DNA of 64,000 nucleotides from a plasmid, in the sequence record CP060166.1. The stretch is one strand, 5' to 3'. Of the stretch, positions 1 through 10,063 are shown one piece after another. Position 1 is the stretch's first letter. Each line of letters begins with the position of its first letter. The notes below the pieces were generated by a model. It was not told the origin of the DNA and did not search any database. It saw only the letters and a list, made by a program, of their open reading frames with translations. The position numbers were made by a program, and so were the translations under genes.

Positions 1-144
1 TTTACCGCTTCCCACCACGCCACAGACCGCTATCAGTCGTCCTTCGCGTATCGCACCCTTAATGTCTTTCATCAGCTGCTTATGGTGGGCAGTTTCATAA
101 TACCCGGCCTGTTCAATAGACTGCGTCAGTCCATAATGCTCCAT
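1..144 (-). CDS. TniB/TnsC-family AAA+ transposition ATPase, N-terminal 48 codons (gene continues past window start)
   Basis: Reverse complement translates MEHYGLTQSIEQAGYYETAHHKQLMKDIKGAIREGRLIAVCGVVGSGK with Walker A GVVGSGK. Its ATG lies 4 nt after the stop of the upstream transposase-like gene, the operon layout typical of tniA-tniB. Confidence 0.55.
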   Translation of the reverse strand, partial: MEHYGLTQSIEQAGYYETAHHKQLMKDIKGAIREGRLIAVCGVVGSGK

Positions 145-148
145 CACT

Positions 149-1813
149 TCAACCCGCATGGTCCTCTCCTGATTGTCTGCTACGAAAATAGTCTCTGATG
201 CGGGCGAGTACTTCACTACGGTTAAGCGTCTCAGTCAGAATACTGTCGATAAACGCCCGGTCTTCATCCGACATTCTGGCCAGCGGTATGGCCAGATCGT
301 CGGCAATTGCCAGTTTTGCCGCAATAACGGTGGGAAAGTGGTATTCAAATTTTCGGGTATCAAAGGGCTGATGTGGCAACGCATCAATGCGCTGCTGAGT
401 GTCATCACTGACCACGCGGAGATCGCTGCCGGACAATGCGCTGATGGGGATGTTCAGCTGCCTGGCCAGAGCATGGATACGATCGGCCCGTTCAGCCGCT
501 TTACCGCGTCTGAACGTCCGGTAACGGTGCAGCGGCACAGGCCCCGACACCGGATAATAAGGCCCCCATGTTTCACCGGTAAACTCCACATACATCTCTT
601 CGTCAAACAGCCCCCACAGCAGAATGACGGTTTCACCCGCCATATCCGGTTCAACTTCCCATGCGGTGCCGTCTATCGTTATCCGCGCATCAACACCCAC
701 CTTGCGGGATTCCGGCTCCCGGGCGAACCGACAGTATTGTTCCCAGCTGCACATATCCCTCACACCTTCCTGGCCGATATTTGCCAGCCAGTCCTCCAGT
801 CGGGAGTGTTTCTCGCTGCGGTGACGCTGCGCGTTATAACGGCTCAGATAGTTCCAGAGCCATTCGTTGGCCTGCAGCTCCGTTTCCGGTTTATGGAAAT
901 GGTACAGAGTTTCATGTGCCTCCTTGACGGTCCGGAAAGGACGTTCAACTTTACCTTTGGACCGTGCCGTTGTCCGGGTGCCGTCCTTGCCTGCCGGCGT
1001 ATGCGTCAGCCAGTCAACCTTCAGGGACTGCATCACATTCTGGAATACATGGTTTTTGGCCACCGGTCCATTATCGAGGTACAGCAATTTCGGGCGGCCC
1101 TGAAAAGGAAAATCAGACCTGGTTTTTGGGGCCATGGCGTTAAAGAGAAAACGCAGCGCAGATTCCGCATCCTCACCGTACACACACCGGTATTCCTGGT
1201 ATGCGACACCGCTCCGGTCATCCACTACGCTGAACAGCATCAGCGTGGGTTCGCCCCGGGCAGGATCTACCCAGTCAGGCCGCTCAATATGTTTGAGATC
1301 GGATGGCGACATATCAAACTGCCAACAGTCATTGCTGTTTTCAGCCTGAAATCTTACCGCCGGAGGCTCCCGTAACAGGCGGGGCTGGTCGAGACGCCAG
1401 CGGGAAAGCCAGCGATTGACGGTCTGCTTACGAAGTAAGCCTTTGGGACTTTTAATCAATCCCTGGACCGTCTCCACGCCATGCTCTTCCAGCAGCTGTA
1501 TTGCCCGTCCGGTCGACAGATGGCGGCCGGATTTATTTGTGGTTCGTAATTTCAGTGCAGCAATCAGTTCGCAGTAATGCTCCAGCTCGGACGGTGGCAG
1601 TATCCGGGGTTGACCATGATCACTGCGGTGGGCCGTTCGCGGTTTCAAAACAAGGTGAAGAGCGCGATAAACCGTCGTGACTGAAATACCATACAGCTGG
1701 GCGGTAGCGGCAATCTGATTGGCACGTTCAGGGCTTTTTGGCGGCAGGCGATCGAGCCGTTGCCGTAGTTGCAACAGGGAGTCAGACGGAATCGCGCTAC
1801 GCCGGCTGCTCAT
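149..1813 (-). CDS. Mu/Tn7/Tn402-type DDE transposase (TniA/TnsB family). The track ORF extends to 1891; the Met at 1813 avoids overlap with the resolvase.
   Basis: 580/554-aa ORF with N-terminal HTH region and DDE-like motifs (DCWQFD, YLDNG, ERPFRTVKE). It sits between a serine-recombinase gene and a Walker-A ATPase gene. It is not the Tn402 TniA sequence as far as I can recall. Confidence 0.6.
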   Translation of the reverse strand: MSSRRSAIPSDSLLQLRQRLDRLPPKSPERANQIAATAQLYGISVTTVYRALHLVLKPRTAHRSDHGQPRILPPSELEHYCELIAALKLRTTNKSGRHLSTGRAIQLLEEHGVETVQGLIKSPKGLLRKQTVNRWLSRWRLDQPRLLREPPAVRFQAENSNDCWQFDMSPSDLKHIERPDWVDPARGEPTLMLFSVVDDRSGVAYQEYRCVYGEDAESALRFLFNAMAPKTRSDFPFQGRPKLLYLDNGPVAKNHVFQNVMQSLKVDWLTHTPAGKDGTRTTARSKGKVERPFRTVKEAHETLYHFHKPETELQANEWLWNYLSRYNAQRHRSEKHSRLEDWLANIGQEGVRDMCSWEQYCRFAREPESRKVGVDARITIDGTAWEVEPDMAGETVILLWGLFDEEMYVEFTGETWGPYYPVSGPVPLHRYRTFRRGKAAERADRIHALARQLNIPISALSGSDLRVVSDDTQQRIDALPHQPFDTRKFEYHFPTVIAAKLAIADDLAIPLARMSDEDRAFIDSILTETLNRSEVLARIRDYFRSRQSGEDHAG

Positions 1814-2297
1814 AATTTTCCAGCGCCCGGTAGACTGACGCCCTCCCAATCCCGAGCTGGCGGGCGATGGCTGTGGCTCCCATCTTCTCAATGGTATACA
1901 GACGATATACCACAGCAGGATCTATGGACGGTTTCCTTCCCCGGTATACGCCCCTGGCTTTCGCCGCGGCAATGCCTTCCATCTGGCGTTCACGTCTCAG
2001 ATTGGTTTCAAACTCAGCGAAAACACCCAGCATATCGAGGAAGGCTTTGCCTGCAGCTGAACGCGTGTCCACTGGCTGTTCTGTTGCCCTGAGCGTTACG
2101 CCCTGTTGATTCAGGGCATACACAATGTCCTGCAGGTCCTTAATGCTGCGGGCCAGGCGATCCACGCGTGTCACCATCAACGTATCACCAGGGCGCAGGA
2201 ACTCCAGCAGCAGCTGCAACTCGCTCCTTCCGGTCCGGCCGCTTCCGCTGGCTTTTTCTGCACGAATAATTTCACAACCAGCAGCGCGGAGAATTTG
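1797..2297 (-). pseudogene. serine recombinase (resolvase), 5'-truncated by IS26; about 167 C-terminal codons remain
   Basis: C-terminal sequence ...DTLMVTRVDRLARSIKDLQDIVYALNQQGVTL...GRASVYRALENYEQPA carries resolvase catalytic-core and C-terminal HTH motifs. The reading frame runs into the IS26 left end at 2298. Confidence 0.7.
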
Positions 2298-3117
2298 GGC
2301 ACTGTTGCAAATAGTCGGTGGTGATAAACTTATCATCCCCTTTTGCTGATGGAGCTGCACATGAACCCATTCAAAGGCCGGCATTTTCAGCGTGACATCA
2401 TTCTGTGGGCCGTACGCTGGTACTGCAAATACGGCATCAGTTACCGTGAGCTGCAGGAGATGCTGGCTGAACGCGGAGTGAATGTCGATCACTCCACGAT
2501 TTACCGCTGGGTTCAGCGTTATGCGCCTGAAATGGAAAAACGGCTGCGCTGGTACTGGCGTAACCCTTCCGATCTTTGCCCGTGGCACATGGATGAAACC
2601 TACGTGAAGGTCAATGGCCGCTGGGCGTATCTGTACCGGGCCGTCGACAGCCGGGGCCGCACTGTCGATTTTTATCTCTCCTCCCGTCGTAACAGCAAAG
2701 CTGCATACCGGTTTCTGGGTAAAATCCTCAACAACGTGAAGAAGTGGCAGATCCCGCGATTCATCAACACGGATAAAGCGCCCGCCTATGGTCGCGCGCT
2801 TGCTCTGCTCAAACGCGAAGGCCGGTGCCCGTCTGACGTTGAACACCGACAGATTAAGTACCGGAACAACGTGATTGAATGCGATCATGGCAAACTGAAA
2901 CGGATAATCGGCGCCACGCTGGGATTTAAATCCATGAAGACGGCTTACGCCACCATCAAAGGTATTGAGGTGATGCGTGCACTACGCAAAGGCCAGGCCT
3001 CAGCATTTTATTATGGTGATCCCCTGGGCGAAATGCGCCTGGTAAGCAGAGTTTTTGAAATGTAAGGCCTTTGAATAAGACAAAAGGCTGCCTCATCGCT
3101 AACTTTGCAACAGTGCC
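2298..3117 (+). mobile_element. IS26 copy 1 (820 bp)
   Basis: 14-bp terminal IRs GGCACTGTTGCAAA at 2298-2311 and (reversed) at 3104-3117. The internal ORF is identical to Tnp26. Confidence 0.95.
2361..3065 (+). CDS. tnpA: IS26 transposase Tnp26 (234 aa; track ORF 2343-3065 includes a 6-codon upstream extension)
   Basis: [60 protein letters not shown]... is an exact IS26/IS6-family transposase. Confidence 0.95.
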   Translation: MNPFKGRHFQRDIILWAVRWYCKYGISYRELQEMLAERGVNVDHSTIYRWVQRYAPEMEKRLRWYWRNPSDLCPWHMDETYVKVNGRWAYLYRAVDSRGRTVDFYLSSRRNSKAAYRFLGKILNNVKKWQIPRFINTDKAPAYGRALALLKREGRCPSDVEHRQIKYRNNVIECDHGKLKRIIGATLGFKSMKTAYATIKGIEVMRALRKGQASAFYYGDPLGEMRLVSRVFEM

Positions 3118-5786
3118 GGCGCGAGCACCTGAGCGAGCTGCAAACCGTGTTCGGTTTCCGGCCCTTCACCATGAGCCATTACCGGCAGGCCGTCCAGATG
3201 CTGACCGAGCTGGCGATGCAAACCGACAAAGGCATCGTGCTGGCCAGCGCCTTGATCGGGCACCTGCGGCGGCAGTCGGTCATTCTGCCCGCCCTCAACG
3301 CCGTCGAGCGGGCGAGTGCCGAGGCGATCACCCGTGCTAACCGGCGCATCTACGACGCCTTGGCCGAACCACTGGCGGACGCGCATCGCCGCCGCCTCGA
3401 CGATCTGCTCAAGCGCCGGGACAACGGCAAGACGACCTGGTTGGCTTGGTTGCGCCAGTCTCCGGCCAAGCCAAATTCGCGGCATATGCTGGAACACATC
3501 GAACGCCTCAAGGCATGGCAGGCACTCGATCTGCCTACCGGCATCGAGCGGCTGGTTCACCAGAACCGCCTGCTCAAGATTGCCCGCGAGGGCGGCCAGA
3601 TGACACCCGCCGACCTGGCCAAATTCGAGCCGCAACGGCGCTACGCCACTCTCGTGGCGCTGGCCACCGAGGGCATGGCCACCGTCACCGACGAAATCAT
3701 CGACCTGCACGACCGCATCCTGGGTAAGCTGTTTAACGCTGCCAAGAATAAGCATCAGCAGCAGTTCCAGGCGTCAGGCAAGGCCATCAACGCCAAGGTA
3801 CGTCTGTACGGGCGCATCGGTCAGGCGCTGATCGACGCCAAGCAATCAGGCCGCGATGCGTTTGCCGCCATCGAGGCCGTCATGTCCTGGGATTCCTTTG
3901 CCGAGAGCGTCACCGAGGCGCAGAAGCTCGCGCAACCCGATGACTTCGATTTCCTGCATCGCATCGGCGAGAGCTACGCCACCCTGCGCCGCTATGCACC
4001 GGAATTCCTTGCCGTGCTCAAGCTGCGGGCCGCGCCCGCCGCCAAAAACGTGCTTGATGCCATTGAGGTGCTGCGCGGCATGAACACCGACAACGCCCGC
4101 AAGCTGCCAGCCGATGCACCGACCGGCTTCATCAAGCCGCGCTGGCAGAAACTGGTGATGACCGACGCCGGCATCGACCGGCGCTACTACGAACTGTGCG
4201 CGCTGTCCGAGTTGAAGAACTCCCTGCGCTCGGGCGACATCTGGGTGCAGGGTTCACGCCAGTTCAAGGACTTCGAGGACTACCTGGTACCGCCCGAGAA
4301 GTTCACCAGCCTCAAGCAGTCCAGCGAATTGCCGCTGGCCGTGGCCACCGACTGCGAACAATATCTGCATGAGCGGCTGACGCTGCTGGAAGCACAACTT
4401 GCCACCGTCAACCGCATGGCGGCAGCCAACGACCTGCCGGATGCCATCATCACCGAGTCGGGCTTGAAGATCACGCCGCTGGATGCGGCGGTGCCCGACA
4501 CCGCGCAGGCGCTGATAGACCAGACAGCCATGGTCCTGCCGCACGTCAAGATCACCGAACTGCTGCTCGAAGTCGATGAGTGGACGGGCTTCACCCGGCA
4601 CTTCACGCACTTGAAATCGGGCGATCTGGCCAAGGACAAGAACCTGTTGTTGACCACGATCCTGGCCGACGCGATCAACCTGGGCCTGACCAAGATGGCC
4701 GAGTCCTGCCCCGGCACGACCTACGCGAAGCTCGCTTGGCTGCAAGCCTGGCATACCCGCGACGAAACGTACTCGACAGCGTTGGCTGAACTGGTCAACG
4801 CTCAGTTTCGGCATCCCTTTGCCGGGCACTGGGGCGATGGCACCACATCATCATCGGACGGACAGAATTTCCGAACCGCTAGCAAGGCAAAGAGCACGGG
4901 GCACATCAACCCAAAATATGGCAGCAGCCCAGGACGGACTTTCTACACCCACATCTCCGACCAATACGCGCCATTCCACACCAAGGTGGTCAATGTCGGC
5001 CTGCGCGACTCAACCTACGTGCTCGACGGCCTGCTGTACCACGAATCCGACCTGCGGATCGAGGAGCACTACACCGACACGGCGGGCTTCACCGATCACG
5101 TCTTCGCCCTGATGCACCTCTTGGGCTTCCGCTTCGCGCCGCGCATCCGCGACCTGGGCGACACCAAGCTCTACATCCCGAAGGGCGATGCCGCCTATGA
5201 CGCGCTCAAGCCGATGATCGGCGGCACGCTCAACATCAAGCACGTCCGCGCCCATTGGGACGAAATCCTGCGGCTGGCCACCTCGATCAAGCAGGGCACG
5301 GTGACGGCCTCGCTGATGCTCAGGAAACTCGGCAGCTACCCGCGCCAGAACGGCTTGGCCGTCGCGCTGCGCGAGTTGGGCCGCATCGAGCGCACGCTGT
5401 TCATCCTCGACTGGCTGCAAAGCGTCGAGCTACGCCGCCGCGTGCATGCCGGGCTGAACAAGGGCGAGGCGCGCAATGCGCTGGCCCGTGCCGTGTTCTT
5501 CAACCGCCTTGGTGAAATCCGTGACCGCAGTTTCGAGCAGCAGCGCTACCGGGCCAGCGGCCTCAACCTGGTGACGGCGGCCATCGTGCTGTGGAACACG
5601 GTCTACCTGGAGCGTGCGGCGCATGCGTTGCGCGGCAATGGTCATGCCGTCGATGACTCGCTATTGCAGTACCTGTCGCCACTCGGCTGGGAGCACATCA
5701 ACCTGACCGGTGATTACCTATGGCGCAGCAGCGCCAAGATCGGCGCGGGGAAGTTCAGGCCGCTACGGCCTCTGCAACCGGCTTAG
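3118..5786 (+). pseudogene. tnpA: Tn21-subgroup (Tn3-family) transposase TnpA, 5' end removed by IS26
   Basis: 889 in-frame codons ending ...[14 protein letters not shown] just inside the 38-bp Tn21-type IR. The frame begins inside the IS26 IR, so the N-terminal ~100 aa are missing. Confidence 0.9.
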
Positions 5787-5819
5787 CGTGCTTTATTTTC
5801 CGTTTTCTGAGACGACCCC
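5782..5819. repeat. 38-bp terminal inverted repeat of Tn21/Tn1721 type (IRtnp)
   Basis: CTTAGCGTGCTTTATTTTCCGTTTTCTGAGACGACCCC is the reverse complement of GGGGTCGTCTCAGAAAACGGAAAATAAAGCACGCTAAG. It overlaps the tnpA stop, as in Tn21. Confidence 0.85.
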
Positions 5820-5849
5820 TATTATGGCGAAGGTATCATTCAGGAAGCG

Positions 5850-6230
5850 TTGATGAAGGATTATCTCTGTAAAAAGTTATTCAACCGGCTTTCCGGTACC
5901 CTGGTGATCAGAGCGCGCTGCGGCAATAACATTACTGGCCTGGCATGTTGCAATATTCTTTATCCCTCGCCCCGATACAGCGGTCAGCTGCATATTAAAG
6001 AGCTGTATGTTTCTCAGTGCGATCGAAATAAGGGCACGGGTAAAGCGATAATGCGCTTTATAGCCCGGCTTGCGCTTGAACAGGAATGCCTTAGCCTTAG
6101 CTGGAACGCTGAAAAATCCAACCCCGGCGCTAACCGTTTTTATCAGGCTCTGGGAGGCAGAATAAATGATCATATCGTCAATTATTACCTCCACGGGGAG
6201 AGCCTGAGCAAACTGGCCTCAGGCATTTGA
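5850..6230 (+). pseudogene. GNAT N-acetyltransferase C-terminal fragment (ybjA-like), interrupted by the Tn21 end
   Basis: Contains GNAT motif A (RNKGTGKAIM). It lies immediately outside the Tn21 IR and next to catA1, the arrangement known from Tn2670/R100, where Tn21 sits in ybjA beside catA1. Confidence 0.5.
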
Positions 6231-6430
6231 GAAGCACACGGTCACACTGCTTCCGGTAGTCAATAAACCGGTAAACCAGCAATAGACATAAGCGGCTATT
6301 TAACGACCCTGCCCTGAACCGACGACCGGGTCGAATTTGCTTTCGAATTTCTGCCATTCATCCGCTTATTATCACTTATTCAGGCGTAGCAACCAGGCGT
6401 TTAAGGGCACCAATAACTGCCTTAAAAAAA

Positions 6431-7090
6431 TTACGCCCCGCCCTGCCACTCATCGCAGTACTGTTGTAATTCATTAAGCATTCTGCCGACATGGAAGCCA
6501 TCACAAACGGCATGATGAACCTGAATCGCCAGCGGCATCAGCACCTTGTCGCCTTGCGTATAATATTTGCCCATGGTGAAAACGGGGGCGAAGAAGTTGT
6601 CCATATTGGCCACGTTTAAATCAAAACTGGTGAAACTCACCCAGGGATTGGCTGAGACGAAAAACATATTCTCAATAAACCCTTTAGGGAAATAGGCCAG
6701 GTTTTCACCGTAACACGCCACATCTTGCGAATATATGTGTAGAAACTGCCGGAAATCGTCGTGGTATTCACTCCAGAGCGATGAAAACGTTTCAGTTTGC
6801 TCATGGAAAACGGTGTAACAAGGGTGAACACTATCCCATATCACCAGCTCACCGTCTTTCATTGCCATACGGAATTCCGGATGAGCATTCATCAGGCGGG
6901 CAAGAATGTGAATAAAGGCCGGATAAAACTTGTGCTTATTTTTCTTTACGGTCTTTAAAAAGGCCGTAATATCCAGCTGAACGGTCTGGTTATAGGTACA
7001 TTGAGCAACTGACTGAAATGCCTCAAAATGTTCTTTACGATGCCATTGGGATATATCAACGGTGGTATATCCAGTGATTTTTTTCTCCAT
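6431..7090 (-). CDS. catA1: chloramphenicol acetyltransferase CatA1 (219 aa)
   Basis: [73 protein letters not shown]...[28 protein letters not shown] is the Tn9 CAT. Confidence 0.97.
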
Positions 7091-7368
7091 TTTAGCTTCC
7101 TTAGCTCCTGAAAATCTCGATAACTCAAAAAATACGCCCGGTAGTGATCTTATTTCATTATGGTGAAAGTTGGAACCTCTTACGTGCCGATCAACGTCTC
7201 ATTTTCGCCAAAAGTTGGCCCAGGGCTTCCCGGTATCAACAGGGACACCAGGATTTATTTATTCTGCGAAGTGATCTTCCGTCACAGGTATTTATTCGGC
7301 GCAAAGTGCGTCGGGTGATGCTGCCAACTTACTGATTTAGTGTATGATGGTGTTTTTGAGGTGCTCCA

Positions 7369-7644
7369 GTGGCTTCTGTTTCTATCAGCTGTCCCTCCTG
7401 TTCAGCTACTGACGGGGTGGTGCGTAACGGCAAAAGCACCGCCGGACATCAGCGCTATCTCTGCTCTCACTGCCGTAAAACATGGCAACTGCAGTTCACT
7501 TACACCGCTTCTCAACCCGGTACGCACCAGAAAATCATTGATATGGCCATGAATGGCGTTGGATGCCGGGCAACCGCCCGCATTATGGGCGTTGGCCTCA
7601 ACACGATTTTCCGCCATTTAAAAAACTCAGGCCGCAGTCGGTAA
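7369..7644 (+). CDS. insA: IS1 InsA
   Basis: [91 protein letters not shown]. Confidence 0.93.
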   Translation: MASVSISCPSCSATDGVVRNGKSTAGHQRYLCSHCRKTWQLQFTYTASQPGTHQKIIDMAMNGVGCRATARIMGVGLNTIFRHLKNSGRSR

Positions 7645-8066
7645 CCTCGCGCATACAGCCGGGCAGTGACGTCATCGTCTGCGCGGAAATGGACGAACAG
7701 TGGGGATACGTCGGGGCTAAATCGCGCCAGCGCTGGCTGTTTTACGCGTATGACAGGCTCCGGAAGACGGTTGTTGCGCACGTATTCGGTGAACGCACTA
7801 TGGCGACGCTGGGGCGTCTTATGAGCCTGCTGTCACCCTTTGACGTGGTGATATGGATGACGGATGGCTGGCCGCTGTATGAATCCCGCCTGAAGGGAAA
7901 GCTGCACGTAATCAGCAAGCGATATACGCAGCGAATTGAGCGGCATAACCTGAATCTGAGGCAGCACCTGGCACGGCTGGGACGGAAGTCGCTGTCGTTC
8001 TCAAAATCGGTGGAGCTGCATGACAAAGTCATCGGGCATTATCTGAACATAAAACACTATCAATAA
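7563..8066 (+). CDS. insB: IS1 InsB (normally expressed as InsAB' by -1 frameshifting at the A6C motif)
   Basis: 167-aa ORF matching IS1 InsB. The A-run TTAAAAAACTC at ~7617 is the frameshift site. Confidence 0.9.
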   Translation: MPGNRPHYGRWPQHDFPPFKKLRPQSVTSRIQPGSDVIVCAEMDEQWGYVGAKSRQRWLFYAYDRLRKTVVAHVFGERTMATLGRLMSLLSPFDVVIWMTDGWPLYESRLKGKLHVISKRYTQRIERHNLNLRQHLARLGRKSLSFSKSVELHDKVIGHYLNIKHYQ

Positions 8067-8081
8067 GTTGGAGTCATTACC

Positions 8082-8684
8082 AGTAGGATGAAGTTTTCTT
8101 CTATTCGACCACTCCTTACTTCGCAAAATACCTTTTATACCTAAGAATAAGTATATTAATGTCATTAGACCAAGAAATAAATCAATTATTTTAGGCATAG
8201 GAACTTTAATATTAGGTTTTTGTCCTTCGGTCAATTTTATAATACCCGAACTTATCTCATAAGCATGTTCAAAAGTTGTCGTAAAGCTATTAAGCATTAC
8301 GGCTACAGCATATCCACTTGAAGGTACAATATCTTGTTGCGCTTGAATTGTAGATAACGCCCCACTATGAGAAATACGTGCTGGTTTAACATTTGCAGAA
8401 CTTAAAGACCATCCAAGACCATATTTAGGACTTCCAGGTAGAGGTGAATAGGATTCTTCTAGCAATGATTTTGATAGTAATCTTTCTCCATTTATATTTT
8501 TGCCCTCGTTAGTGTGCATAGAAAGCCATTTTCCCATATCCGCGGCTGTTGAAATTACTCCTCCAGCACCAGCAAACATTTGTTCAAGATTTGACCAAGG
8601 AAGTGCACTACCGTATGCTGTTATATATCCTTGAGATAACCTTGCTGCTGCCTTTTCAGGCGTTTGGTATTGCGCTCGACACAG
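8082..8684 (-). pseudogene. serine hydrolase / class C beta-lactamase-PBP family fragment, low-GC, truncated at both ends
   Basis: In-frame translation ...YITAYGSALPWSNLEQMFAGAGGVISTAADMGKWLSMHTNEGKNINGERLL... with a C-terminal hydrophobic segment. AT-rich, unlike its flanks. The reading frame runs into IS1. Confidence 0.4.
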
Positions 8685-8687
8685 TCA

Positions 8688-8866
8688 AAACCCTGGCCTT
8701 TGAAACCGGCAGCGATGTCACCACTCAGCTCGATTTTGCCCCCTGGCAAATGAATGCCATTGCCCTGGGCTATCAGTTCGGGTATCTGATGTTGCCGTTT
8801 ATTGCCGCTGCCGGCATATGGATATTGATGAACAGGGAGCTGCTGGACACTTTGCGCTCGCAATAA
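8688..8866 (+). pseudogene. C-terminal fragment of an integral membrane protein (transporter-like)
   Basis: GC-rich frame ...FGIALDTVKTLAFETGSDVTTQLDFAPWQMNAIALGYQFGYLMLPFIAAAGIWILMNRELLDTLRSQ* has no plausible start. The base composition changes sharply at ~8640-8690. Confidence 0.25.
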
Positions 8867-8873
8867 AACGGCA

Positions 8874-9179
8874 TTACCCAAACAGTGCATCAATATCAAA
8901 ATCGACGCTGGCGTTGCCTTCCATATTGTCTCGCCTAGCTATCTGCCCGGTTTCCACCAGACTTTCGTAGTGGCAGGTCCGGTTGCGACCATTGCCCTTG
9001 GCGTAATACAGGGCCTGGTCGGCGTTGTCGAGGATATTGGCCGGTGGCTGGGCAGGGTCCACAGCCGCAAAACCGATACTACAGGTGACCTGACCCACCT
9101 GGGGAAACTCCTTCTGTTCCAGCTCTGCCAGTGCCTTTTTGCTGTCACCCACAGCATCAATCTCCGCACATTTCCCCAA
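8874..9179 (-). pseudogene. GGDEF-domain (diguanylate cyclase) C-terminal fragment
   Basis: ...VTCSIGFAAVDPAQ...LDNADQALYYAKGNGRNRTCHY... matches the distal half of a GGDEF domain. The upstream part of the gene is absent. Confidence 0.45.
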
Positions 9180-9233
9180 GCTGCACTACCCTGAAGGCAT
9201 CCACACACCAGTACCGATGGAACGGATGCCGTC

Positions 9234-9551
9234 ATGTCTCTTACCGCCCAAGCGCCTCGGCCGGCCACCCATGTCCGCCACCGGCCCGAGCAGACCCTGC
9301 TGTACCAACTGGTTGAGCGTCATTACCCCGAGTTTGCCCGGCTCATGGCCGCCCAAGGCTCACCCCTGCCAGGCTATGTCGCCCGCGAGTTCGAGGACTA
9401 CCTCAAGTGCGGCCGCCTGGAACACGGCTTTCTGCGCGTACGCTGCCAATCCTGCCACCACGAGAAGCTGGTGGCCTTCTCCTGTAAACGCCGAGGGTTC
9501 TGTCCCAGCTGTGGCGTCCGGCGCATGGTCGACAGCGCCGCGCTGCTGGTG
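9234..9551 (+). pseudogene. IS91/ISCR-family (HUH rolling-circle) transposase N-terminal zinc-finger fragment
   Basis: ...YLKCGRLEHGFLRVRCQSCHHEKLVAFSCKRRGFCPSCGVRRMVDSAALLV is the conserved N-terminal Zn-binding region of IS91/ISCR transposases. Only ~106 codons are present. Confidence 0.5.
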
Positions 9552-9962
9552 ATCGACGAGCTGCACAACGTGCTGGCCGGCAACAGCGTCAACCGCCGGG
9601 AATTCCTCAACCTGCTGCGCTTCCTCGGCAACGAACTGCGCATCCCGTTGGTTGGGGTAGGCACGCGCGACGCCTACCTAGCCATCCGCTCCGATGACCA
9701 GTTGGAAAATCGCTTCGAGCCGATGATGCTGCCGGTATGGGAGGCCAACGACGATTGCTGCTCACTGCTGGCCAGCTTCGCCGCTTCGCTCCCGCTGCGC
9801 CGGCCTTCCCCAATTGCCACGCTGGACATGGCTCGCTACCTGCTCACACGCAGCGAGGGCACCATAGGGGAACTGGCGCACTTGCTGATGGCGGCGGCCA
9901 TCGTCGCCGTGGAGAGCGGCGAGGAAGCGATCAACCATCGCACACTCAGCATGGCCTGTTGA
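9552..9962 (+). pseudogene. tniB: tniB-delta: Tn402/Tn5053-family TniB ATPase fragment (Walker B onward), in frame with the upstream ISCR-like fragment and ending at the IS1326 boundary
   Basis: ...LLVIDELHNVLAGNSVNRREFLNLLRFLGNELRIPLVGVGTRDAYLAIRSDDQLENRFEPMMLPVWE... resembles the TniB/AAA+ sensor region. It lies where tniB-delta sits beside IS1326 in In2-type integrons. Confidence 0.55.
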
Positions 9963-10063
9963 GTTGCATCTAAAATTGACCCACTTAGGGTAAAGATTTG
10001 CGTCGAAATTTGACCCACGTATGACACTGTTTCCCGTCTGGATATGGCGGGAGAAATCAAGGA

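Larger units (their letters stand above)
7314..8081 (+). mobile_element. IS1 (768 bp)
   Basis: Starts GGTGATGCTGCCAACTTACTGAT and ends CAATAAGTTGGAGTCATTACC. Contains insA and insB. Confidence 0.93.

Noticed and set aside
173-1375. 400-aa + strand ORF overlapping the tniA-like gene
   Set aside because: It is entirely antisense to a well-supported 580-aa transposase ORF in GC-rich DNA and has no motif. It is a typical shadow ORF.
1797-2888. 363-aa minus-strand ORF spanning the resolvase fragment and IS26
   Set aside because: It is an artefact of an open antisense frame inside IS26 joined to the truncated resolvase. The same antisense IS26 frame recurs at 21718-22386 and 23886-24815 fused to whatever lies beside IS26.
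4254-5645. Several 70-190-aa antisense ORFs inside Tn21 tnpA
   Set aside because: High-GC shadow ORFs. The sense strand encodes a conserved Tn3-family transposase.
8621-8899. 92-aa minus-strand ORF across the GC shift at ~8640-8690
   Set aside because: It spans a junction between two unrelated fragments and overlaps the better-supported + strand membrane-protein frame. No motif.
9234-9962. Single 242-aa protein call
   Set aside because: It is a chimera of two unrelated gene fragments (ISCR-like N-terminus and tniB-delta). I annotated it as two pseudogene pieces rather than a functional CDS.
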